IMG/VR virus record: IMGVR_UViG_2706795740_000001
Coordinates: 1-64,000 of that record
Origin: a virus
Lineage: Duplodnaviria > Caudoviricetes
Reading direction: 5' to 3' (one strand)
Length of the DNA: 64,000 nt
Made by a program: the position numbers and the translations under genes
Shown here: piece by piece, positions 26,101 through 34,504 of the stretch
Layout of the letters: each line of letters begins with the position of its first letter
Position numbering within the stretch: the stretch's first letter is position 1
Notes under the pieces: model-generated
What the model was told of the DNA's origin: nothing
Database searches by the model: none
The model's input: the letters and a program-made list of their open reading frames with translations, nothing else

Positions 26101-28369
26101 CAACAGATTGAGCACAACTCCTGCACTTGCAAATATCTTATCCCCTGAGCTTGTTGCCACGTTAAATAGCACCACTTCAGATCGTTTAGCTTTCAACAAC
26201 AGCCGAGCTAATGTAATGGGTTACGCTGAGATGGCTGATAGAATGTCACGTATGTCTCGGAAAGAGTTCGATGGGTTCGAAAATCATCTTCAGGAAATGC
26301 ATAGAAACGGCGCTCCCGCTGTCGATTCTCTTGAACGGCTGACTGCGGCGCTGGACGACTACGACAATGCCCAAAGGCAGGCAGATACAGCAACGCGTCA
26401 GTCAAGCCCTACCTTCAACACACTGTCTAATGCTGTAAGAGGCATGAATAACGAGATGACAAGGACACAACGTTTGAAGCAAGGCTTTAGGGATTTCTTA
26501 CGTTCTATGCCTGACTTAGCAAGAGGAGCGGCTTCTTCCATCGGGCATCTTTCCAAGAACATTGCGGCAATGGCGGGACAGATTGTAGCGGCTTTAGGGC
26601 TTGCTCAGGCGGCCAAGGCCCTGACTGAAAACATGACTCTCACCCAAGCAGACAAAAATCTTGCCTTAGCAGAGAAGCAAGACCAAGACTTCACTTCTCT
26701 TTCTAACTACATGAACAGAGAGGTAGACGGAAGTCTTATGGGTTTCTCTCAAGCAGTAGGCATGAGACTTGGTCAATTATACGGTACGACAATGAACGCT
26801 ATTTCTTATACGTTTGGTGGGACACCTGCTCATTTCGGTAAAGGCGAGAAAGATGCCATGATAGAAGAGATGAAGGCTCACTACGGATTTAAGGGAAGTG
26901 GTGGGATTAAGGGTTGGTTATTTGGAGATGAAGAGTTCATGGGATATCTGCGGAATATGGGCATTGACCCGCAAGAAGCAGTTAAGGATTGGGCGCAGAA
27001 GTCGGGTAGAAGAGAAAACACTCAAAAGTTCATGGAGCAATCAATGAATCAGAAGTACGAAGAGGCCCAAATGAAGAAGGCAGAGGAAGAACGTCTTCAG
27101 AAAATCGCAGAGGAGAATTATAAACAGAAATATCAAGAGGGTAAACTAAAGTTCCCTACAATCAATGCCGATGATGTGAAGTCTAACATACAAGCTAAGA
27201 TAGGAGAAATCAAAAATCAAAATACTGTCGAGTCATTGCGTAACCTTATGGGCGGTATGAAAACTGATTCTGAGGATTACTTGAAAATGCGCCAAGAACA
27301 GGTAAGACGGATACGTCAGGTTCTCAACGAGGAACTTGCTACGATTGATAAGTATATAGCCAACATGGACACCATTATGAAATCTCATGCCCCTGATTCT
27401 AAGGAATACAAGAGTGCAGAACAAGCTAAGAAGAATTATGAGGAAGCACGTAAAAAGGTAGTAGATGAGGGAGAGGCGGATATTCTTAATGAAGAGTTTA
27501 ATCTACAGCAAGAGACTTTCCAGAAGAATATAGGTAAATCTAACCGCGCCATGCAGAAGATTGACCTTCTAGCCCAAGCCAAGGAACTTGCGGCGGCGTA
27601 TAACATGGACACAGAGTCTCAGGCCTATCTGGATACCATGAAGCAGATAGCAGTGAATAAGGTTAACTCTATGAGGGCCGAATTGGAAAACATGAAACGT
27701 ATTCAGGCGTTAGGAGACCAATCTGAAGAGTTAGCGATGGCTATAATGCAAACTCAAAACAATATTGCAAGTGAACAACAGAAGGTAAAGGAGTATAACC
27801 TAGCTTCTATTGGCATCGGAAGACAGAAGATTGGTGAGCGTAATTCCGAACGTGAGAATGAGTTTCTTGAGCTGAGACTCAGAATGGGCAACCCTGATGA
27901 CAGCTCACCTATCTTACGGAACAAGCGTATTGCCAACGCCAAGGCTGAGGTGGCTGAGATTCAGTCTGTAATATCAGATTTGAAGAAAAGGCTCGTCAGG
28001 GCTGAAACGGAAGAAGCAATCAAGATCAACGCTGAAATACGTGACCTAACTAAACAGTCTTTACAGGCTCAACTAGGAATCCTTGATGAGATGAAGGGAA
28101 CGGCAGGAACGTTCAATCTCCCTGATGGCGTTACTGCAATGACCAGATACGAGTACCTGACACGTCAGGGAACTCACCAAACCACGACAGTGGGCATGGG
28201 CGATGTGACTGTAAACATTACTTTGCCAAACGTAACAAACGGTGTGACTGCTAACCAAATGCAGATTATCGGTAATGGTTTGGGCCAAGGACTTGCTCAA
28301 GGACGTGTCGGCGGGTGGCGTAGCCAGATGCTCGGAAACCCACAGAGTGGCTACCGACGCAAACACTAA
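23153..28369 (+). CDS. tape measure protein
   Basis: 1738 aa, helical; TP901-like core (SNVTNASVEQLVDALKRSG, EGANIGN). Confidence 0.9.
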   Translation: MNNIQTDIILEFQKSIENMARFGQEMETLDSRFGRLDQRIDALKTSMSAFGSQMNKGTGSNLRQQIEREMNNLISGNGVVLASMGNTPLKVKKETLRDVFQKVETELNLELQKFVRNLSIEIDPNYAKGQRLPISSDDFDAINKEVAKVIRLQIGHLVNAIQKHKANLIKPTALEGLEISIGKGTVLALVNKIKDEVIRKIENPSVAEASELKITKQDLNKVVTDVKTKLKKAFEIDVADVKSLDAKDVNSRVAKIPQEIDERLQEYVSKTVAGINGAMKGKMELPVKDLSKNVKNILARELKTTVSQLDNLGTVDLGSIRGYELKSQLERISKTLDKKLSKSVEEEVKDVVKKIEEVEIIPSPKLKRHLVNQINRVNNKIIEKIREQVDVQIQSLLQEISEVQARHRPLNRDQAIRQASDLGGNHSGGSHGGSGVVSSDDSRRRPTVSGVDPYSRRDEHFNSFGLHGAIVNTVRHILAGSIVGAPMMAMYQAVETFKNTNTEQIKMIQNLMLKPEYRNDPNDASSGTDFAKVDATVNQLRGFIRQQSIFYGIDYNELYRVGGIGSRLLEDPLEMKKFIQLTAQLKTVDPSAKPENIANGLESIKAQFNLEMAHMQEKVAQPMAAVSNVTNASVEQLVDALKRSGATFNNNNIDPATAIVLAGTSIQATALEGANIGNFYNSILNRLQSDKALSKLAELGVNPHVTDPLTGAQMLRPGEDIFQDFAKALSDKDDLTKRNAFDAMFGTYQSSKGAATMHEIMNNFIKVLEATKSFGEDQYKQMIMKSLDNPMVNANRAKESVSVAFDALVQELTPAINKVSYAIINMSDAVARNASLLVGLGDVLSNVLIGMLMMRGIKWGAGKVWGDVNGHTEMHKMRTSFLGRISGMSADGHMGELVGDDLKNMSRKDIGRYQKNPELERYFREMHGMNEKQQEHFKKYVADKKIDLRDLPTLFTAMEEAKNWTERKVLSDDEKFDRTKTYHNRLSTTPALANILSPELVATLNSTTSDRLAFNNSRANVMGYAEMADRMSRMSRKEFDGFENHLQEMHRNGAPAVDSLERLTAALDDYDNAQRQADTATRQSSPTFNTLSNAVRGMNNEMTRTQRLKQGFRDFLRSMPDLARGAASSIGHLSKNIAAMAGQIVAALGLAQAAKALTENMTLTQADKNLALAEKQDQDFTSLSNYMNREVDGSLMGFSQAVGMRLGQLYGTTMNAISYTFGGTPAHFGKGEKDAMIEEMKAHYGFKGSGGIKGWLFGDEEFMGYLRNMGIDPQEAVKDWAQKSGRRENTQKFMEQSMNQKYEEAQMKKAEEERLQKIAEENYKQKYQEGKLKFPTINADDVKSNIQAKIGEIKNQNTVESLRNLMGGMKTDSEDYLKMRQEQVRRIRQVLNEELATIDKYIANMDTIMKSHAPDSKEYKSAEQAKKNYEEARKKVVDEGEADILNEEFNLQQETFQKNIGKSNRAMQKIDLLAQAKELAAAYNMDTESQAYLDTMKQIAVNKVNSMRAELENMKRIQALGDQSEELAMAIMQTQNNIASEQQKVKEYNLASIGIGRQKIGERNSERENEFLELRLRMGNPDDSSPILRNKRIANAKAEVAEIQSVISDLKKRLVRAETEEAIKINAEIRDLTKQSLQAQLGILDEMKGTAGTFNLPDGVTAMTRYEYLTRQGTHQTTTVGMGDVTVNITLPNVTNGVTANQMQIIGNGLGQGLAQGRVGGWRSQMLGNPQSGYRRKH

Positions 28370-28431
28370 TTTTCACTTGCTCCGCCTTATAATGAGGTGG
28401 GGCATATTTTTTTTCGTAAGGAGGTATCAAA

Positions 28432-29052
28432 ATGACACAGCAAAACACGCTCTTCTCTGAAGATCGCGTATATAAAAAGAGATTGTTCTACGACAATGGT
28501 CTGCGATACATGGAAGTTAAGGCGAAATTGATTACCGAGTATAAGCCACCTACACCGTCTCTAAAGACGCATGTAAACCAGACACTTTCTTCCTCTGCGG
28601 GGCTTGTCCAAAATGGTACGTCTCATTACAATGCCACACTGACTATGCTCTTTTATTCGAAGAAGGAGTACGCAGATTGGCTACAGTTCATTGGCTCTTC
28701 GCATAAATACTACGATGAGAAAGGCACTGTTTACCTTGGGATTGTAACAGGAGAGCCAGATATTAAGACAGCGGAGATGGAGACAAAGTACATTGTAACC
28801 ATTGGCTTGTCACTTATTCGTAAGCAAGATTTTGAATACCGATTTCAGACGCAATTTATTGATATCGAAAACCACTGGGCTAAGGACTATATAAATGAGA
28901 TGCAACAGAGAGGGTTGGTGGCAACGGACTCCTCTACTGATGGTGAATCTATTGCTTATTTCAGACCAGACGATGCCTTGACACGGGCAGAAGGAATTAC
29001 GTTGCTAATGCGCACCTACAGGTATGCAGAAAAACTTCTAAGGGGGTATTAA
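28432..29052 (+). CDS. distal-tail-like protein with C-terminal SLH domain
   Basis: FIDIENHWAKDYI...FRPDDALTRAEGITLL. Confidence 0.7.
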   Translation: MTQQNTLFSEDRVYKKRLFYDNGLRYMEVKAKLITEYKPPTPSLKTHVNQTLSSSAGLVQNGTSHYNATLTMLFYSKKEYADWLQFIGSSHKYYDEKGTVYLGIVTGEPDIKTAEMETKYIVTIGLSLIRKQDFEYRFQTQFIDIENHWAKDYINEMQQRGLVATDSSTDGESIAYFRPDDALTRAEGITLLMRTYRYAEKLLRGY

Positions 29053-29054
29053 TT

Positions 29055-30098
29055 GTGAAGCGCTGGATTGATGTAGCCCCGTTGGATTGGTTCTATCGAG
29101 ACGTACTTGATGCTACACGTCTCTTTACAGACTCTACAGGAAAGAACCCAATCATTAACGGTATGTTCTACAACGGGTTTGAATCAGGATTTGGGCGAGT
29201 AGTCAAGAGATTCATCACCATAGAGGGGCAACGAGAGTTCCTTATTCCTGAGTACAATTATCACGTGGACAACCCCATGTACGTTAACGTTAATGGAATC
29301 GACATCATACCTGAGTCAATCGAAACAGGTAAGGTGACGCTCTCCACTCCACTTTCGGCAGGTATAGAGGTTGTGTGCATAGCCTACGGTAAGGTCGCCT
29401 ATCGACAAGAAGGGTGCGTTACCACGCCGTTTACAAGCTGTTCCGATGTACAAGCCCCATATGCTGATCTTAAGAATAGTGCTACCTACAAGTTTAGCTT
29501 AAGTTATCCAGTCGAGACATGTTCTGTTCTTGGCGTCAAGCTGAAGCGTATTCTTGTAGAAATGTACTCTAGTGATGATGCTGACAAGAAAATTACAGAA
29601 GCGATTGGGTGGAGGCGTGATGTGTTCGTAGTACACAAAGGCCGTGTTTACTTACCTGCCATGTATAACGGCTTTCCTGCTAAGGTAGGGTACAACTACA
29701 TGGATAAAGGGGTAGTGAAACACACAACCGAAACTGTCTTGGTCGAGGCTTCTTGTGTGAAGTACAATGACCGATTTTTCCCAAACGTTAGATTACGTAG
29801 GGCAGAGTTTTTCGTGTTTATGTCCAGAATACGTGAAAACTTCTACAACCGATTCACGGACAGGCAGTATATCCAAAACCCCGCACCTCAACGTTATATT
29901 GCAGATAAAAGAGAATGGAGCGATGAGTGGTATGCGCCTGATGTATTATCTACTCTTGATGAGAAATTCTTGGACGGGTGCTATGTATTTCCTCTCTATG
30001 AAGATGATAAATTCGAGCCTGAAGAGTGCGTGACACGGGCGGAAGCTGTAACATATCTGAACAGGTTTATTGAGTGGTCTATCGAGAGATTCAGATAA
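29055..30098 (+). CDS. tail protein with SLH-like motifs
   Basis: WIDVAPLDWFY, FFPNVRLRRAEF, FEPEECVTRAEAVTYL. Confidence 0.7.
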   Translation: MKRWIDVAPLDWFYRDVLDATRLFTDSTGKNPIINGMFYNGFESGFGRVVKRFITIEGQREFLIPEYNYHVDNPMYVNVNGIDIIPESIETGKVTLSTPLSAGIEVVCIAYGKVAYRQEGCVTTPFTSCSDVQAPYADLKNSATYKFSLSYPVETCSVLGVKLKRILVEMYSSDDADKKITEAIGWRRDVFVVHKGRVYLPAMYNGFPAKVGYNYMDKGVVKHTTETVLVEASCVKYNDRFFPNVRLRRAEFFVFMSRIRENFYNRFTDRQYIQNPAPQRYIADKREWSDEWYAPDVLSTLDEKFLDGCYVFPLYEDDKFEPEECVTRAEAVTYLNRFIEWSIERFR

Positions 30099-30110
30099 GG
30101 CGGTGTTAGA

Positions 30111-33100
30111 ATGTACGTATCAGACTATAACTACCCTTCTGGTAGGCTATTAGATAACATAATGGAAAGGATTAATGCTCTTGGCAATGAGCCACGGGTT
30201 ATCATTGAACTAGATAAGATGTCATATGTCCGCGGGCTTCGAAGACGTTATGACGCAGTTCAGTACGTCTATGATAGTGTTGTCACTGACCTGCTTTCAA
30301 TTGACAAGGCTGAGAAATTAACAGACTACGTTACTGGACAGTATTTGACATTTCCCACAGAATTACGTAATGCAAATATGTCTCTGCCAATCCTCTCAAG
30401 TTCTACAATGAACGGGGTGAAGGAAGATGATAAGCACATTAGTGGTATTCGAATCACGGATTGGCATGACAGTGACCCTCGATGCTCTCGTAAGGTTCAT
30501 AAAGGAATAGACTTAGACTTAGCCATAGGAGACCCCGTATATGCTGTGTGGAGTGGTGTAGTCAAGATAGCAACCTTTCAAAGAGGGTACGGGAATGTTG
30601 TTTATATTGACCACGGAAACGGATGGGAGACCAGATATGCACACCTAAGCCAAATTTCCGTAAACAGGGGAGACAGGGTCGAAGCTGGTAGGATGGTGGG
30701 ACTGGGCGGTAATAGTGGTATTACTATTAAGGGAAGCGGCGGTGATGGTTCTCATCTCCATTTCGAAGTTAGGTTGAATGGGAACGACCTGAACCCTGAA
30801 CCATTTCTTCGCAAAAAGAGGGCTATTCAAACCCCATCCAAATCACCCACTAAAATGTTAGGGACGATTCAGGATGGTGACGGAACGGTAATGCAGGACG
30901 GTACTTCTTATGTTGAGTACAGCATGGAAGCCACCGCATATGTAGCCACTTGCCCCGGCTGTTCTGGAATCACAAGGGGAGGCACAGACGTTCGGCAATG
31001 GAGCAACTGGAGGATTATTGCAGTTGACCCTTCCGTCATCCCTCTGAAAAGTAAGGTTGAGCTTGTTGTTGACGGCGTTAGTTGGGGAGAGTACCTTGCA
31101 GATGATACAGGCGGGGATATAAAAGGAAGACGTATTGACGTGCTCATGGAGACTAAACAGAAAGCCTTTGAGTTTGGAAGAAAATCTGTAATTGTTCGTG
31201 TTAAGTCGTGGGGTGACGGCAAATCCCGTACTACCAGTGGCGAAATCGACAAAGAGATTGTTACCTACCAAGTTAACCGGACAACCACAAAGCAGACGTT
31301 CTATAAAGACTTTTCTGCCAAGAAGACTGGAATAGATATTAAGAAATTTACAGACATGACAGGTGCGGAGCAGTTCACTATGTACGAGACAAAAAACTCC
31401 TTCATGAATGTCTTGGGCTTTCAAGGTACTGGTGGAGCAGGTCAGGTCAAGAAAATTGTTTTTGAGCACGATTGGTTTAAGGGAGGAAACCTCGCTTGGG
31501 CCTACAACGCTGACCTTGAGATAGATGATGTGGTAACGATCAAGGTGGATGATTATGTTATTACTCAGATTAAAGGCGTCAATGCAAAGAGCGGCGTGGC
31601 GTATCCGCCATCTATCCCAATCCCTAAAGGACACCATAAAATAGAGTTCTCATTAGCTAATCCATCCAAGGCTTCTACAGGCAAGTTAGGAATTCTTTGG
31701 TTACGTGCTAAAGAGTTCGATGTGGAAACTGTAGAGCAGAAGCAGGTTTGGGACTTTGAGGACACGATGAATAGTATGAACAACTGGACTCCTTACGGTA
31801 CTGTCAGTCAGGTAGATAGGGGAGACTATCAGGCCATTTCCACCAAGGGCGGGGAAGCTGGCGTGGAACGGCTTAACAAGATTAAGAAGTTTCCGTTTAC
31901 CATGAATTTTCGGGTTAGGGTGGACGCAGGAACAACTGGACGTATTTACCTTGGTGATGGAAAAAAGTGTTTCCAAATTCAAGTCAAGGAGGACGGCATT
32001 GCCACTCAGGGCGGTGGAGTATACAGCCGTGACAATAAGTCCGATTTTGTTGAGTATACTGTTGTCTGCCATGATGACACGGATATGGATGTGTATGTTA
32101 AGAACAAGGACTCTAAAGGAAACGACAAGTGGGAGAACACTGGAGTCCGCGGAGTCGGATACGTCTATCAAACTAGTCGTATCCTGTTTGCTGTCGGAGC
32201 AGGTACGATGTACCTCGACAGTGTTAGATACTCCTTTAATAACTATGCTGTCGAACAGTTTGCATCCCATCTATCTAATTCTTATAACGAGAAGTGGTAT
32301 GAGGTCGGTAGTTTTGAGTTTGAAGAAATGTTCACTCTCGATAAGGACATTATGGCATGGGAAGTAAATTCTCATATGGACATGTCTTCTTCTACAGCTC
32401 GTATTACCTTGAATAATGCTACTGGCATTTACTCTCCAATGTGGGAGCGAAGACCTGAATTTCCTGACACTTACAAAGTCATGCAGTCGCCTTTGTCTTA
32501 TTGGGAAGAAGGGGAGTTGCGTCACGTACTGAGTGAGGGGACTCCTGTCCGTATCTATGCTGGTTACGGAAATGAAATGGTTCGAGTATTCACTGGAATG
32601 ATTAAGGGTGAAATCGAAGAGAATGCCGAAGCTAGGACAATCGCTTTTAGCTGTGTTGATAGGTTTGATATGATAGAGGAGTTTGTTTTTTATAAGCCAA
32701 TGTCATACCCACCTGCTGAGGCGTATGCAGGTGATGGTGGAGCATATGCTTGGCTAAAATCAAGTATTGTAGAGGACATCGTAATTCAATCAGGGTTAAC
32801 GTCATGGAAGATTCATGCCGATGATTTCGTACACAATGATTATGAAATTGATGATACAACATACATTGATGTTAACAGAGGTAAGAACACGTTCATGAAG
32901 TTTAACAAAACGACTGGAGATTTGGAAGCCGTCACACAGGAATCCATTAAAACGGTCGGCGGTTGGGAGAATCCATTTGTAGCTTCCGTCACCTTCCCGT
33001 TAGGCACACGTGCCTCAGATGCCATACAATCACTCATTCAGGATATGCCTTACCATGTCTATTGTGACCGATATGGCACGTTCAAAATGCGCCGCTTGAA

Positions 33101-33590
33101 CTTCTTGGATACACCTGATTGGGCTATCAAACAAGGAGCTAGTTGGGAGTTCATAGACGGAGAAAACTTACTCGAACTGACTTCCTCCACTGACTACTCT
33201 CGTGTTCGCAATCACCTGATTATTTACGGTAAGACTGGCCTTGCAGAGCACTTCTTTGATAGAGGTTTGCTTGTGGCTACCAAGGGAAATATCCGCACCT
33301 CTGGTATCATGTTGGATTGGATAGAAGAGGTGGACGGGGCTACCATGCGCGGTCTGAAGGAAGAGATAGCTAATAAAATTTTCTTTGATATGAAACGCCA
33401 AGCACGTACAAAAAATGTAGTGGTGAAAGGCAATCCGCTAATAGAACTACTGGATGCTGTTTACGTATATGACAGGAATACGTACACGGCAGACTACTAT
33501 CTTGTGAAAGGTAATAGATTAGTGGGTAGTGAGAAGGGCATGGTCAACTATCTTGAGTTGACTTGGCAGACACTTTCACAGCCCTCATAA
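30111..33590 (+). CDS. baseplate hub / tail lysin with M23 peptidase and 3D domains
   Basis: HKGID, YAHL, HLHFE; ATAY, IAVDP, DTGG, RIDV. Confidence 0.88.
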   Translation: MYVSDYNYPSGRLLDNIMERINALGNEPRVIIELDKMSYVRGLRRRYDAVQYVYDSVVTDLLSIDKAEKLTDYVTGQYLTFPTELRNANMSLPILSSSTMNGVKEDDKHISGIRITDWHDSDPRCSRKVHKGIDLDLAIGDPVYAVWSGVVKIATFQRGYGNVVYIDHGNGWETRYAHLSQISVNRGDRVEAGRMVGLGGNSGITIKGSGGDGSHLHFEVRLNGNDLNPEPFLRKKRAIQTPSKSPTKMLGTIQDGDGTVMQDGTSYVEYSMEATAYVATCPGCSGITRGGTDVRQWSNWRIIAVDPSVIPLKSKVELVVDGVSWGEYLADDTGGDIKGRRIDVLMETKQKAFEFGRKSVIVRVKSWGDGKSRTTSGEIDKEIVTYQVNRTTTKQTFYKDFSAKKTGIDIKKFTDMTGAEQFTMYETKNSFMNVLGFQGTGGAGQVKKIVFEHDWFKGGNLAWAYNADLEIDDVVTIKVDDYVITQIKGVNAKSGVAYPPSIPIPKGHHKIEFSLANPSKASTGKLGILWLRAKEFDVETVEQKQVWDFEDTMNSMNNWTPYGTVSQVDRGDYQAISTKGGEAGVERLNKIKKFPFTMNFRVRVDAGTTGRIYLGDGKKCFQIQVKEDGIATQGGGVYSRDNKSDFVEYTVVCHDDTDMDVYVKNKDSKGNDKWENTGVRGVGYVYQTSRILFAVGAGTMYLDSVRYSFNNYAVEQFASHLSNSYNEKWYEVGSFEFEEMFTLDKDIMAWEVNSHMDMSSSTARITLNNATGIYSPMWERRPEFPDTYKVMQSPLSYWEEGELRHVLSEGTPVRIYAGYGNEMVRVFTGMIKGEIEENAEARTIAFSCVDRFDMIEEFVFYKPMSYPPAEAYAGDGGAYAWLKSSIVEDIVIQSGLTSWKIHADDFVHNDYEIDDTTYIDVNRGKNTFMKFNKTTGDLEAVTQESIKTVGGWENPFVASVTFPLGTRASDAIQSLIQDMPYHVYCDRYGTFKMRRLNFLDTPDWAIKQGASWEFIDGENLLELTSSTDYSRVRNHLIIYGKTGLAEHFFDRGLLVATKGNIRTSGIMLDWIEEVDGATMRGLKEEIANKIFFDMKRQARTKNVVVKGNPLIELLDAVYVYDRNTYTADYYLVKGNRLVGSEKGMVNYLELTWQTLSQPS

Positions 33591-33678
33591 ACCAATAGAA
33601 GGCAAGGAGTGATTACGTCTTTGACGATAATTGTTCCTTGCTTTTTCTTATAATGCTATGGAAGGCGAGGTGGTGTCT

Positions 33679-34098
33679 ATGGAGAATCGCAACTTTCTTA
33701 ATGTCAATGACGTTTTTCCTGTGCTTGATTTAATACGGAGGGAACTTGCCCGCGAAGGTCTTTATACAGGCGGAGATGACTTGACTTTATTAGGAGGAAA
33801 TAAGCCAGAGCCGAACGTGATTAACATTGAAGCATTACGTGAGATGACGGGCTATCCTACACTGGTGACGAAGGTGATTTACACCTATGACAACGGGACA
33901 ATTGAGAAACTAACCCTCGAACGTGATAGCTCTATGGTGGTGGTCGGTTTCCTGATAGAGATTGAACACAAACCATTGGTGAATGAACAAATGGAAGAGG
34001 AAACGGATATCACCTCTTTTAGTGCCATACATGGAACAATTATTCGGGAGAACGGTCTGTTTAAGAATCTTGTCCTCGAATACTCGAAGGCGGTGTAA
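33679..34098 (+). CDS. hypothetical tail protein
   Basis: SD GAGGTG; promoter motif 33625-33655. Confidence 0.7.
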   Translation: MENRNFLNVNDVFPVLDLIRRELAREGLYTGGDDLTLLGGNKPEPNVINIEALREMTGYPTLVTKVIYTYDNGTIEKLTLERDSSMVVVGFLIEIEHKPLVNEQMEEETDITSFSAIHGTIIRENGLFKNLVLEYSKAV

Positions 34099-34101
34099 AG
34101 A

Positions 34102-34488
34102 ATGTCAAGTGCTTCTAATTTTGCAAGCTACGTAGTAGGAGGTAGATTTGACCCGCCTTTCATGCCAACCAAAACAGACCCATATATAGAGGGGATTATG
34201 GTAGAGTCGGCAGGGGCAGGTAAGGTAGAAAACAAACTGACAGTGAACGATGACAGTGAGCTTCTTTCTATCTCAGTGGGAGTATCTAACTATGAAGCGA
34301 AAGACTACTGGAATCTGTATGTCGGCAATAAGCTGGTCTGCAAGAACATCTATACCAAAGACCTGCCTGAAGGAATGTACTTTACGGCAATTATCCCATG
34401 CACTAAAGGGACTCAATTCCATTTTGAGTTCTTCAATGAGGGAGGTAAACCCAAATTTGTTTGGGTAAATTATCAAATGCTGAAGTAG
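34102..34488 (+). CDS. hypothetical tail protein
   Basis: operonic ORF. Confidence 0.7.
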   Translation: MSSASNFASYVVGGRFDPPFMPTKTDPYIEGIMVESAGAGKVENKLTVNDDSELLSISVGVSNYEAKDYWNLYVGNKLVCKNIYTKDLPEGMYFTAIIPCTKGTQFHFEFFNEGGKPKFVWVNYQMLK

Positions 34489-34504
34489 GAAGGGAGGAGA
34501 TTTT

